A stretch of DNA of 64,000 nt from Nitrospirae bacterium MYbin3 (lineage in GTDB: Bacteria > Nitrospirota > Thermodesulfovibrionia > Thermodesulfovibrionales > Dissulfurispiraceae), in assembly GCA_002753335.1 (NCBI GenBank), contig PEAD01000010.1, positions 1-64,000 of the forward strand, given 5' to 3'. Both the position numbers and the translations under genes were made by a program. The notes under the pieces are model-generated. The model searched no databases, was not told the DNA's origin, and was given only the letters and a program-made list of their open reading frames with translations. This document shows positions 18,518 through 27,513 of the stretch, one piece after another (within the stretch, counting starts at the first letter, position 1; each line of letters begins with the position of its first letter).

Positions 18518-19543
18518 ATGCCTGAGATGAGACTTAATACAGTTACACGCGAGTGGGTCGTAATAGAAAAAAATCCGGGGATCGGACCGACCGACTTTGT
18601 CGGGATCAAGAAAGATAAAGAGGTTCCTGAAGTCGGCGGCATCTGCCATTTTTGTCCGGGCAACGAATATATGATACCGGAAGAGATCGACCGCATCGAC
18701 GGCCGCGACGGCTGGAAAATAAGGGTTGTCCAAAATAAATTTTCACGCCTTTCAGAAGCGGGCGACCAGCTGCGATGGGGCAACAAGATTCATAGGGGTA
18801 TGAATGCTGTAGGCTTCCACGAGCTTATTGTGGAAACACCAGAACATGATTTACAGACCGCAACCATGCCTAACAGCCAGTTAAAAGCACTCATCGAAAT
18901 GTACAAGTTCAGGTTTATCGAATTCTACAAGGATCCAAGGGTTGAGCATGTTGTTGTCTTTAAAAACAAGGGACTGAATTCCGGCACCACCTGCGACCAC
19001 GCCCTCTCTCAAATAGTCGGCATCCCTATTGTGCCGCTCGAAATAAGGGACAGGACAGAGTCATACATGCGTTTTTACGACAATACCGGTGAATGTCTGA
19101 TGTGCAAAATGCTGTATGAAGAGATACAGAGCGGAGAGCGTATAATCTGCAACACCGACCATTTTGTCTCTTTCATTCCATATGCGGCAATGTCGCCATT
19201 TCATGTCTGGATATTTCCCAAAAGGCATTCTGGATCCTTTGCAGAAATAACCAACGAGGAGACGATGGACCTTGCGATAAATCTAAAGACCACAATGTAT
19301 AAAATAGCCGTGGGCCTCGACAATCCTGACTACAACTATGCGATCCGTTCAGGCAAACCCTCAAATGCAGAATCAAAATTTGAGCACTGGTATCTCACAA
19401 TAGTTCCACGGGTCGGCTACCTTTCAGGATTTGAGATAGCATGCGGCATTCATGTAAATCCTATTCAGCCGGAATTGAGCGCAAAGTTTTTAAGAGAGGT
19501 GCCTCTTCCCAACCCTCAAGAGCATAAGGAGTTAGAAACATAG
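18518..19543 (+). CDS. GalT-like (HIT superfamily) protein with a degenerate active site
   Basis: CHFCPGNE, NKF, HELIVETPEH, FKN.G and GFE..G are present, but HxHxQ reads HALSQ. Confidence 0.8.
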   Translation: MPEMRLNTVTREWVVIEKNPGIGPTDFVGIKKDKEVPEVGGICHFCPGNEYMIPEEIDRIDGRDGWKIRVVQNKFSRLSEAGDQLRWGNKIHRGMNAVGFHELIVETPEHDLQTATMPNSQLKALIEMYKFRFIEFYKDPRVEHVVVFKNKGLNSGTTCDHALSQIVGIPIVPLEIRDRTESYMRFYDNTGECLMCKMLYEEIQSGERIICNTDHFVSFIPYAAMSPFHVWIFPKRHSGSFAEITNEETMDLAINLKTTMYKIAVGLDNPDYNYAIRSGKPSNAESKFEHWYLTIVPRVGYLSGFEIACGIHVNPIQPELSAKFLREVPLPNPQEHKELET

Positions 19544-19553
19544 CAGGCAATTC

Positions 19554-20621
19554 ATGGCGCTGAAACAGGTTCTTGAAAAAATAAGGTCAGGGAGCAGGCT
19601 TTCAAAAGATGAGGCGCTGAAGCTTTTTAATGACGATGACCTGTTCGGAATTGGACGCCTTGCAGCGGCTGCTTGCAATAATAAGAACGGCAGCAACGCT
19701 TATTTCATAAGCAACCGCCACATAAACCCAACTAACATATGCATAAACCGATGCAAATTCTGCGCCTTCAGCCGTTCAAAAGGCGAAGCAGGCGCTTATG
19801 AGCTTACAATAGACGAGATTATCTCAAAATTAAAAGCTGGTCAAAGTTTTTCTGAAGTTCATATTGTCGGAGGCCTTCATCCTGATTGGCCTTTTGAGCA
19901 TTATCTCAATATGCTTGCAGCCATAAAAAAAGAATTTCCTTCTATTGCGATCAAAGCATTCACCGCAGTAGAAATAGATTACATGTCAAAAATCAGTGGA
20001 ATGAGCGTCGAGAACACCCTCAAATCTTTGAAAGCAAGCGGCCTAGACCTTATGCCGGGCGGCGGCGCAGAAATCTTTGCGGAAGGTGTGCGCACCAAAC
20101 TCTGCCCTGAAAAGATTAGCGGTGCAGGATGGCTCAAAATTATGGAGTTTGCCCACGGTATTGGGATAAAAACAAACGCCACCATGCTTTACGGACACCT
20201 CGAAACCTTCGAAGACAGGGTTGATCATCTCTTGAGCCTTCGTGCTTTGCAGGACAAAACAGGCGGATTTCAAGCCTTCATCCCGCTTGCATACCATCCC
20301 AAGAACACCGAAATCGGCGGCTTTTACTCGTCCGGCATTGATGATTTAAAGACCATCGCGATAAGCAGGCTCGTGCTCGACAACTTTGACCATATAAAAG
20401 CCTACTGGATAATGCTCGGAGAAAAAGTTTCTCAAATCGCGCTTTTGTTCGGCGCAGACGACCTCGACGGAACCATAATCGAAGAAAAGATAACCCACTC
20501 GGCCGGAGCCATGACCGGCGAGGTCATGACAAGAAACGATATGATCCATCTGATAAGCAGAGCGGGGAAAAGACCGGTTGAGAGGGATGCATTTTATAAT
20601 CCGGTTTTCAATAATACATAA
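19554..20621 (+). CDS. mqnE: Aminofutalosine synthase MqnE
   Basis: HINPTNIC...CKFC, HIVGG, MPGGGAEIF, NATMLYGH, HIKAYW. Confidence 0.9.
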   Translation: MALKQVLEKIRSGSRLSKDEALKLFNDDDLFGIGRLAAAACNNKNGSNAYFISNRHINPTNICINRCKFCAFSRSKGEAGAYELTIDEIISKLKAGQSFSEVHIVGGLHPDWPFEHYLNMLAAIKKEFPSIAIKAFTAVEIDYMSKISGMSVENTLKSLKASGLDLMPGGGAEIFAEGVRTKLCPEKISGAGWLKIMEFAHGIGIKTNATMLYGHLETFEDRVDHLLSLRALQDKTGGFQAFIPLAYHPKNTEIGGFYSSGIDDLKTIAISRLVLDNFDHIKAYWIMLGEKVSQIALLFGADDLDGTIIEEKITHSAGAMTGEVMTRNDMIHLISRAGKRPVERDAFYNPVFNNT

Positions 20622-20678
20622 CTGTTTGTTGAAATACATATATCCGGCGAGCAAGTATCTATATAGAGGATAAAGAAC

Positions 20679-22442
20679 GTGAAAGAAATCATATCAGATA
20701 ATCAGTGGAAGGCTTTGTATCAGGCGGCAGCAGAATTCAGGGAGATAGAGCCATGGAAATTCATTACCGAGACGGATGTTTTCGGAGTGAAAAACCCTGA
20801 TACAGGCGAGCATGGCTATTGCTGCATAATGGGTGAACTGGGAGAAGTCCTTGCCCTTGCCGTATATCTTGGTTCAGATGGATTAAAAGGATACCGGACG
20901 ATTCTGGAAGGACAGCTATCACCTGAAGACAGCGATATGATGTATGAGCAGAATTGCCTTATGGCATCTTTTGAAAACAAAAGCGATCTTGATAAAAAAG
21001 ACAAAGACCTCATCAAAAAACTCGGCATTCAGGCTAAGGGCAAAAAAGCATGGCCGATGTTCAGAAGGCATGAGCCAAGTTATTTACCGTCATCTCTGCA
21101 AAAAGATGATCTTGTCTTTCTGACTGCCGTGCTTCAACAGGCAAAGCATGTATGCCTTCGCTTCAAAAATGACAAGACATTGCTGTCGCCATCTTCCAAA
21201 GACCTCTACTTTTTCAGGTCACACGATAAAGCCAACGAGAGATGGCAGGATGAATGGTTGAAGCCTGAAATCACAGAGTCCAGTCCAGTTGTCCCGGCTG
21301 TGATAAACGATATTGTTATTCAACGAATAAAAAGCAAAGCAAAATCTACTCCTGCTGTGTGGGAGATAGACTTTTTCTATGCCCCAACCCCTATAAAGTC
21401 AAAAAACAAGCCATTCTTCCCTTATGGAATTATGATAATAGACAGCAAAAGCGGCTTTGTCTATGAGATGTTTCTTTCTGAAAAAAACAAATACCCTTCG
21501 CAATTTCCCGAACGCCTGCTTTCATGCCTTGAGCAGAACTCTTTTTTGCCCAAAGAGATTCTGGTAAAGAAAGAAGAAGCTCTGAATCTCCTCCAGCCAA
21601 TTGCAGATAAACTCGGCATTAAACTTAATAAGGTAGTCGAACTTGCTGCGCTTGAAACTGCAAAGAGGTCTATGGACATTCATTTCATGGGGAAAAAGAA
21701 TATAGAACCGCTGCAATATGATGACTACTGTGGCGATGAAGTTATGGATGAACAACTCGAAAAGTCCGGTGCGGAGCTCTCTGTCTTCGGTCTTTATGGA
21801 CTATTTTGCGGTTGCCTTGCTGCTCCTAATCCGGTTATGCCATCGGTGCTGCTGCCGATAATCTTCGGAAAAAAAGGCCCACAGTTTAAGACAAATAAAG
21901 AGGCGGAAGAAATAATGTCCAATATAATGTCGCTCTTTAATATGCTTGCAAAGTGGGATTCTGAAGAAGAACTGTTACCGGTTCCTGATTTTGAATATGA
22001 TGAAAACAAGGATGGAGTTCTAACTCGCATATCCGACGGGCTTGAACTTGCAACCTTATTTTTGCATGGGCTTGAACTTGGAGGTATGGGCCCCGGAAAA
22101 ATTCCTAAGAAATTGGAGCAATCGGTCGGGGCCATTATAGACGTAATAGACCTGTTGGGTCACCAAATGAAGATATGTATGGAAAAGACAAAGTTCAATA
22201 AATCTGAAATGACCGATGCCATGGAGGCTCTTGACGCTGTTGAATTGATTATCGACGACAACATTGAAGAAATTCACATAGGGCTTAAGCATATAAGAAT
22301 TAAGGCGGCAAAAAACATACAGTCACAGTTTGGCCCCGACTATAGTCAGTCGACAACCTCCTCTTCAAAAATTCAAAGAAACGAGCCCTGCCCTTGCGGA
22401 AGCGGAAAGAAATACAAAAAGTGCTGCGGCTTGACGCATTAA
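20679..22442 (+). CDS. Multidomain protein: uncharacterised N-terminal domain, YecA/UPF0149-like domain, C-terminal SEC-C motif
   Basis: C-terminal RNEPCPCGSGKKYKKCC; LYGLFCG..AAPNPV.PS..LP segment resembles UPF0149. Confidence 0.7.
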   Translation: MKEIISDNQWKALYQAAAEFREIEPWKFITETDVFGVKNPDTGEHGYCCIMGELGEVLALAVYLGSDGLKGYRTILEGQLSPEDSDMMYEQNCLMASFENKSDLDKKDKDLIKKLGIQAKGKKAWPMFRRHEPSYLPSSLQKDDLVFLTAVLQQAKHVCLRFKNDKTLLSPSSKDLYFFRSHDKANERWQDEWLKPEITESSPVVPAVINDIVIQRIKSKAKSTPAVWEIDFFYAPTPIKSKNKPFFPYGIMIIDSKSGFVYEMFLSEKNKYPSQFPERLLSCLEQNSFLPKEILVKKEEALNLLQPIADKLGIKLNKVVELAALETAKRSMDIHFMGKKNIEPLQYDDYCGDEVMDEQLEKSGAELSVFGLYGLFCGCLAAPNPVMPSVLLPIIFGKKGPQFKTNKEAEEIMSNIMSLFNMLAKWDSEEELLPVPDFEYDENKDGVLTRISDGLELATLFLHGLELGGMGPGKIPKKLEQSVGAIIDVIDLLGHQMKICMEKTKFNKSEMTDAMEALDAVELIIDDNIEEIHIGLKHIRIKAAKNIQSQFGPDYSQSTTSSSKIQRNEPCPCGSGKKYKKCCGLTH

Positions 22443-22450
22443 AATTAACC

Positions 22451-22489
22451 AAGAAATGCCCGAATATTTAATAGAACAATTGCCGAAGA
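22451..22489 (+). repeat. 39-bp direct repeat, copy 1
   Basis: aagaaatgcccgaatatttaatagaacaattgccgaaga, 32/39 identical to 23720-23758. Confidence 0.8.
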
Positions 22490-22561
22490 TTGTTGCGGAC
22501 TTTGTGCAATGTTACATCAATTGTGATAGAATGTATTCAAAACGACTACAGGAGAATACAA

Positions 22562-22792
22562 ATGAGTGTTTTGACATTAAGGCTGCCCTCTGAAGTTGAG
22601 AAAAAGATCAGGATTAAAGCTGATATAGAACACAGGTCGCTTTCTGAGCAGATCAAGAAATATGTTATGGACGGCATGCTTTCCGAGCAGTTTCCGGACT
22701 TGCCTCTATCTTTTGTAAAAGAAACCATTCAGGCAAAGAAAGAGATAGAATCAGGGCTGGGAAAGAACTACGAATTCGGAATAATCCGTTGA
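22562..22792 (+). CDS. ParD-like (RHH) antitoxin
   Basis: HRSLSEQI...PDLPLSF..E; AGGAG RBS; overlaps the toxin gene by 4 nt. Confidence 0.75.
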   Translation: MSVLTLRLPSEVEKKIRIKADIEHRSLSEQIKKYVMDGMLSEQFPDLPLSFVKETIQAKKEIESGLGKNYEFGIIR

Positions 22793-23061
22793 AAATTATT
22801 GCATCAAATCACTTCCTCAAGTTTAAAAAAAAGTCTCCTGCAAGGCTTCAGGTCGAGATTGACAAGAAGGTGAAAGAAATCCTGCAGAATCCTGAAATCG
22901 GGGAACTCAAAAGGGGTGACCTCAAGGGAATAAGGGTCTATAAATTTAAGCATGAAACACAATTGTTATTGATGTCTTACGAATACTCCGAAAATGCGCT
23001 CTATCTATATACCATAGGAAGTCATGAAAATTTTTATAAAAAGCTGAAGGAATATTTGTAA
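22789..23061 (+). CDS. RelE/ParE-family toxin
   Basis: NPEIGELKRGDLKGIRVYKF...IGSHENFY. Confidence 0.88.
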   Translation: MKIIASNHFLKFKKKSPARLQVEIDKKVKEILQNPEIGELKRGDLKGIRVYKFKHETQLLLMSYEYSENALYLYTIGSHENFYKKLKEYL

Positions 23062-23105
23062 ATTGTCTGCTGTTACAGAGACTTGTTGATTTTAGCGTAC
23101 TAATT

Positions 23106-23136
23106 AGTCATACTTTAGTATGACTTTAATCATACC
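23106..23136. promoter_or_regulatory. Palindromic operator of the second TA module
   Basis: Perfect AGTCATACT-TT-AGTATGACT at 23106-23125, plus a third half-site AATCATACC at 23128-23136 next to the RBS. Confidence 0.7.
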
Positions 23137-23147
23137 GGAGGCTCTAT

Positions 23148-23405
23148 ATGGCACATGCAGTCAAGCTTGCTATAAGTATAAGTGATGAAGATTTCTCAGC
23201 GATAGAAGGCATCAGAAAAAAATGGGGGCTTACCCGCAGCGGCGTTGTAACCGAAGCTATTCGTCTTTTGCGCGCAAAAGACGAAAAAGAGCGTCTTGTT
23301 CGTATGTACGAAGAAGGATACCGCAAACATCCTGAGAACATCAGCGAAATAAAGGCAAAGGAAAAAGCGGTCCTCGATGTTTTGTCAAAAGAGGACTGGT
23401 CATGA
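23148..23405 (+). CDS. CopG/RHH antitoxin (MazE-like)
   Basis: KLAISI...TRSGVVTEAI...YEEGY..HPE; overlaps the toxin gene by 4 nt. Confidence 0.75.
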   Translation: MAHAVKLAISISDEDFSAIEGIRKKWGLTRSGVVTEAIRLLRAKDEKERLVRMYEEGYRKHPENISEIKAKEKAVLDVLSKEDWS

Positions 23406-23716
23406 AACGCGGAGAGGTCTGGTGGGCAAATCTGCCTGCCCCCATAGGCAAACGTCCGGTGGTGCTGCTTTCGAGGGATGAGGCTTATGCTGTCAGGAAC
23501 GCCGTAACTGTTGCTGAAGTTACAAAAACTATCAGGGGAATTCCGGTTGAAGTGCCGCTCGGTGTTGAAGATGGTCTTCCCAAAAAATGCGTGGCCAATC
23601 TCGACACAATTATGACCATACGCAAAGAGTTGCTGATAGAAAGGATTGCGTTGCTCAAGAGCAAAAAAATAGCGGAGATACAAAAGGCTGTTAAATTCGC
23701 ATTAGATTTGGAGTAG
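23402..23716 (+). CDS. MazF/PemK-family toxin
   Basis: MKRGEVWWA...KRPVVLLSR...VT.TIRG...NLD.I.TI. Confidence 0.9.
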   Translation: MKRGEVWWANLPAPIGKRPVVLLSRDEAYAVRNAVTVAEVTKTIRGIPVEVPLGVEDGLPKKCVANLDTIMTIRKELLIERIALLKSKKIAEIQKAVKFALDLE

Positions 23717-23719
23717 GTT

Positions 23720-23758
23720 AAGAAATGCCCGAATCACTGATAGAACAACTCCTGAAGA
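23720..23758 (+). repeat. 39-bp direct repeat, copy 2
   Basis: aagaaatgcccgaatcactgatagaacaactcctgaaga, 32/39 identical to 22451-22489. Confidence 0.8.
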
Positions 23759-23819
23759 GACGGGTATAAGGGCGCATCGGTGAAAGATATAAACTCAAAA
23801 ACACCTTATTTTAATAGCG

Positions 23820-24851
23820 ATGAACAGAATCGAAAAGCATAGAGCCTTAGAACTTCTTAACTCCGCCAATCTCCTCGACCTCGGAGAGCAGGCGGACGCT
23901 ATCAGGAAAGAACTGCATCCCGAAAATGCGGTGACTTTTATCGTTGACCGCAACATCAACTATACGAATGTCTGCATCAACAAATGCACCTTCTGCGCTT
24001 TCTACAGGGAAGAGGACAGCGCTGACGCCTATCTTTTAAGCGATGATGAAATATTCATAAAAATTGATGAAACCGTCGCATTACAAGGCACACAGATACT
24101 TTTGCAGGGCGGCATTCATCCGAAACTGGACATAGATTATTACACAACTCTTCTGCGGTCAATCAAGAAAAGATACTCTATAAATGTCCATGGTTTTTCA
24201 CCACCAGAGATCTGTTATCTTGCGGATAAGCACGGCTTAAGCCTTCACGATACACTACTGACGCTTAAGCAGGCGGGCCTCGATTCGATTCCCGGCGGCG
24301 GCGCAGAGATACTATCAGACAGGGTGCGAGAGATACTGAGTCCAAAGAAAATAAAGTCCGGCCAATGGCTGAGAGTTATGGAAGAGGCGCATAACATCGG
24401 TATGAGGACAACTGCAACGATGATGTTCGGAAGTGTTGAAGGGCCTAAAGACATAATAGAGCATCTTGAAGCTATAAGGTCTTTGCAAGACAGGACAAGC
24501 GGGTTCACCGCCTTCATCCCGTGGTCGTTTCAGCCGGGAAATACTGAGCTCAGCCGGGTAAAAACAGCAACGGCAGCAGATTATCTCACGGTTTTGGCGC
24601 TGTCGAGAATTTATCTCGACAACATAAAGAATATTCAGGCATCGTGGGTCACTCAGGGATTGAAGCTGGCACAGGTTGCGCTAAGGTTTGGCGCAAACGA
24701 TTTTGGTTCGACTATGATAGAAGAAAATGTTGTTAAAGCCGCAGGCGTAAGCTATTGCGTTACCAAAGACGATATAGTCAACGCGATAAAAAGCGCCGGT
24801 TTTAGTGCAGCACAAAGAGACACCTACTATAAGATAATAAAAAAGTTCTAG
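23820..24851 (+). CDS. mqnC: Cyclic dehypoxanthinyl futalosine synthase MqnC
   Basis: VDRNINYTNVC...CTFC, LLQGG, IPGGGAEIL, TATMMFG, NIQASWVTQG, MIEENV. Confidence 0.92.
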   Translation: MNRIEKHRALELLNSANLLDLGEQADAIRKELHPENAVTFIVDRNINYTNVCINKCTFCAFYREEDSADAYLLSDDEIFIKIDETVALQGTQILLQGGIHPKLDIDYYTTLLRSIKKRYSINVHGFSPPEICYLADKHGLSLHDTLLTLKQAGLDSIPGGGAEILSDRVREILSPKKIKSGQWLRVMEEAHNIGMRTTATMMFGSVEGPKDIIEHLEAIRSLQDRTSGFTAFIPWSFQPGNTELSRVKTATAADYLTVLALSRIYLDNIKNIQASWVTQGLKLAQVALRFGANDFGSTMIEENVVKAAGVSYCVTKDDIVNAIKSAGFSAAQRDTYYKIIKKF

Positions 24852-24859
24852 GAGGTTTT

Positions 24860-25804
24860 ATGTCCGATGCAATTTATGATGTTGTAATAATAGGCGGCGG
24901 TCCTGCAGGGTTCAGCGCAGCACAGTACACGGCGCGGGCCAAGATGAAGACGGTTGTTATAGATAAGTCGCAAACTGCCGGAGCGCTTGCCTTTGCGAGC
25001 CTTATAGAAAACTATCCGGGGCTTGAAAAGCCGGTTTCGGGCAAAGAACTGCTAGACATCTTCCGCAGGCAGGCTATAAGATTCGGCGCCGAAGTTGTCG
25101 AGGCTCAGGTGATCGGTGTTTCATTGGATGCAGAAACCAAACAGGTCTTCACTATGGACCAGACCTATCAGGGCAAGTCGGTTATAATCGCGACCGGCTC
25201 TATGGGCAGAAAAGCTACGATAAAAGGCGAGGCCGAATTTTTGGGCAGGGGCTTAAGCTACTGCGCTATATGTGACGCAGCATTTTTCAAAGGCAAAACG
25301 GTCTGCGTGCTGGGCGATTCTGAAGAGGCGGTAAAAGAAGCGGGCCTGCTCACCCGCTTTGCAGAAACGGTTTATCTCATATCACCGTCGCAGAAACTTA
25401 AGGTATCCGATGACCATCCTGCGCTGGCTGCCGCTAATTTGAAGGTTCTTACAGGCCTTATGACAACCGCGGTAGAGGGCGGCGAAACTGTAGAGAAGAT
25501 TAAACTTAAAGATACGCAAGGCAATGAGAGTGAACTGCAGCTTTCTGGTGTGTTCGTTTATATGCACGGCAGCAAGCCGGTAACCGACTATCTGCAAGGA
25601 AGCGTCGAAGTTGCTGAAGAAGAATGTGTTGTTACAAACAAAATGTGCGAAGCTTCTATTGCAGGAGTATTCGCGGCCGGAGACGTGACATGCACCGAAG
25701 TGAGACAGGTTGTTGTTGCAGCCTCGCAGGGCTGTCTTGCAGCGCTTTCGGCAGAGAAGTTCGTATTTAACAAGAAAAAAACAAAGCGCGACTGGCATGG
25801 ATGA
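24860..25804 (+). CDS. Flavin thioredoxin reductase-like protein, probably NADPH-independent (FFTR/DTR type)
   Basis: GGGPAG, ENYPG, SYCAICD and FAAGD are present. The NADPH motifs are replaced (LGDSEEA; ISPS in place of HRR). C-terminal DWHG. Confidence 0.85.
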   Translation: MSDAIYDVVIIGGGPAGFSAAQYTARAKMKTVVIDKSQTAGALAFASLIENYPGLEKPVSGKELLDIFRRQAIRFGAEVVEAQVIGVSLDAETKQVFTMDQTYQGKSVIIATGSMGRKATIKGEAEFLGRGLSYCAICDAAFFKGKTVCVLGDSEEAVKEAGLLTRFAETVYLISPSQKLKVSDDHPALAAANLKVLTGLMTTAVEGGETVEKIKLKDTQGNESELQLSGVFVYMHGSKPVTDYLQGSVEVAEEECVVTNKMCEASIAGVFAAGDVTCTEVRQVVVAASQGCLAALSAEKFVFNKKKTKRDWHG

Positions 25805-26183
25805 TGAACTGAGAAAAATGATCTGCGACCACATGGAAAAGGGTTTTCTCGAAAATATCATCGATATGCTTAAGCATGACAAAACCCTCTACCCCGCAAT
25901 CATCGACATGGTCAAAGACGAAAGGCTGCGCGTCCGCATAGGAGCGACCGCGCTGGTTGAAGAGCTTGTAAAAGAGCGCAGAGACGAACTTGTTGAATTC
26001 ATCCCCGAAATCTCGAAACTGCTGGAAGACCCTAACCCCACAATAAGAGGGGATGGAGCTAACCTGCTCGCCATCATCAAGCACAACGATGGCCTCTCTT
26101 TTCTCAATGCAAAATATGACGACCCTGATGCTGCGGCAAGAACTCTCATCCGTGAAGCTATTGAGGACATACGCCAAAACTAA
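25797..26183 (+). CDS. HEAT-repeat protein
   Basis: DERLRVRIGA and LLEDPNPTIRGDGA helical repeats. Start adjusted to ATG 25797. Confidence 0.7.
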   Translation: MDDELRKMICDHMEKGFLENIIDMLKHDKTLYPAIIDMVKDERLRVRIGATALVEELVKERRDELVEFIPEISKLLEDPNPTIRGDGANLLAIIKHNDGLSFLNAKYDDPDAAARTLIREAIEDIRQN

Positions 26184-26195
26184 AGCCTTTCTCTA

Positions 26196-26813
26196 ATGTT
26201 AATCAAAACAAATCCTGAAAACATCGAAGAAGCATTGCATACTGCCGTTGAGGTTTTAAATAATGGCGGCATTGTTGCGTTTGCAACAGAAACTTTCTAT
26301 GGGCTCGGCGCAAAATGCAGCTATGAATCAGCATTAAAGCGGCTTTACGAATTAAAGAAAAGGCCGCATGAAAAAGCGATGCCGTTGATTATAGGCTCTA
26401 CAGAACAACTTTCGATGCTTTCGCATAAAGTTACCGAAACAGCCAAAAATCTCATAGAAAAATTCTGGCCGGGAGCTCTCACGCTTATTCTGTCCGCAAA
26501 TGAAGGGCTTTCAGAATACATCGTGGCGGATGGCAAGGTTGCTATAAGGGTCCCGGCTGAATCTTTTGCCCTAAAACTTGCAAGGCTTGCGGGCTTTCCT
26601 ATAACCGCAACCAGCGCAAATATATCCGGGATGCCTCCTGCCGACAGCGCAGAAATGGTGATAAGTTATTTTGGCGATGCGCTCGATTTGGTGATTGATT
26701 CAGGAAGAACAAGGGGCGGCCTGCCTTCGACAATTATAGATGCCTGCGAGAACAAGGTAAAAGTCTTGAGAGCAGGCGCAGTAGAGATCAAGTGCAACCC
26801 TATTTCCGGTTAA
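26196..26813 (+). CDS. tsaC: Threonylcarbamoyl-AMP synthase TsaC/Sua5
   Basis: TETFYGLG, KKRP..K, FWPG.LT, TSANISG, PSTI, LRAG. Confidence 0.92.
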   Translation: MLIKTNPENIEEALHTAVEVLNNGGIVAFATETFYGLGAKCSYESALKRLYELKKRPHEKAMPLIIGSTEQLSMLSHKVTETAKNLIEKFWPGALTLILSANEGLSEYIVADGKVAIRVPAESFALKLARLAGFPITATSANISGMPPADSAEMVISYFGDALDLVIDSGRTRGGLPSTIIDACENKVKVLRAGAVEIKCNPISG

Positions 26814-26882
26814 AACGTTGCATTATTCGTTGTAAATATAGTATTATTTTTACTCTTTAGAATTTAATCAGGAGGTGTTTAG

Positions 26883-27119
26883 TTGGTAAAGATTAGACTT
26901 ACAAGGTTGGGCGCACACAAGAAACCCTTTTACAGGATAATAGTGGCTGATTCCCGTGCTAGGCGCGACGGCCCTTTCATAGAAATTGTCGGCACTTATG
27001 ACCCTAAAAAAGAGCCATCCGAAATCAAAGTTGATTCCGAAAGGGTTAAATATTGGATTTCAAACGGGGCTCAGCCGACCGATAGGGTAAAAAGACTTTT
27101 GCAAAAAGCAGCCGCATAA
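26883..27119 (+). CDS. rpsP: 30S ribosomal protein S16
   Basis: [27 protein letters not shown]...GAQPT. Confidence 0.97.
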   Translation: MVKIRLTRLGAHKKPFYRIIVADSRARRDGPFIEIVGTYDPKKEPSEIKVDSERVKYWISNGAQPTDRVKRLLQKAAA

Positions 27120-27161
27120 CATACCCCGTATCCTGAAGTTCGAAAATCTCATGGAGGTGGA

Positions 27162-27395
27162 ATGATGAAAGCTCTTATCGAATCTATGGCAAAAGCTCTT
27201 GTTGACAAGTCTGACGAGGTAAAGGTTACTGAGATTGAAGGGGAAAAAACTACGGTGTTTGAACTTAGGGTTGCGCAAAGCGACCTCGGAAAAGTGATAG
27301 GCAAACAGGGCAAAACAGCGCGTGCTATGAGAACTATCTTGGGCGCTACAGGCACAAAGATAGGAAAACGCTGCGTGCTCGAAATACTCGAATAG
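27162..27395 (+). CDS. khpA: KH-domain RNA-binding protein KhpA
   Basis: [17 protein letters not shown]; position directly after rpsP. Confidence 0.92.
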   Translation: MMKALIESMAKALVDKSDEVKVTEIEGEKTTVFELRVAQSDLGKVIGKQGKTARAMRTILGATGTKIGKRCVLEILE

Positions 27396-27422
27396 TTTTA
27401 AAAGCAAATCCTGAATAACTGA

Positions 27423-27484
27423 AAGGGGCGGTTAAACGCCCCTTATTATTGAAATAAACCACAGGAGAGCAGCCCTGTGGTTTT
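27423..27484 (+). terminator. Two tandem hairpins between khpA and rimM
   Basis: AAGGGGCG-gttaaa-CGCCCCTT and AAACCACAGG-agagcagc-CCTGTGGTTTT. Confidence 0.55.
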
Positions 27485-27513
27485 GTGATTTTATTGCGGA
27501 GCTTATTCGAATA

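Noticed and set aside
23144..23683. 179-aa antisense ORF over the RHH/MazF module
   Set aside because: It is a shadow of two well-supported plus-strand genes and has no recognisable motif.
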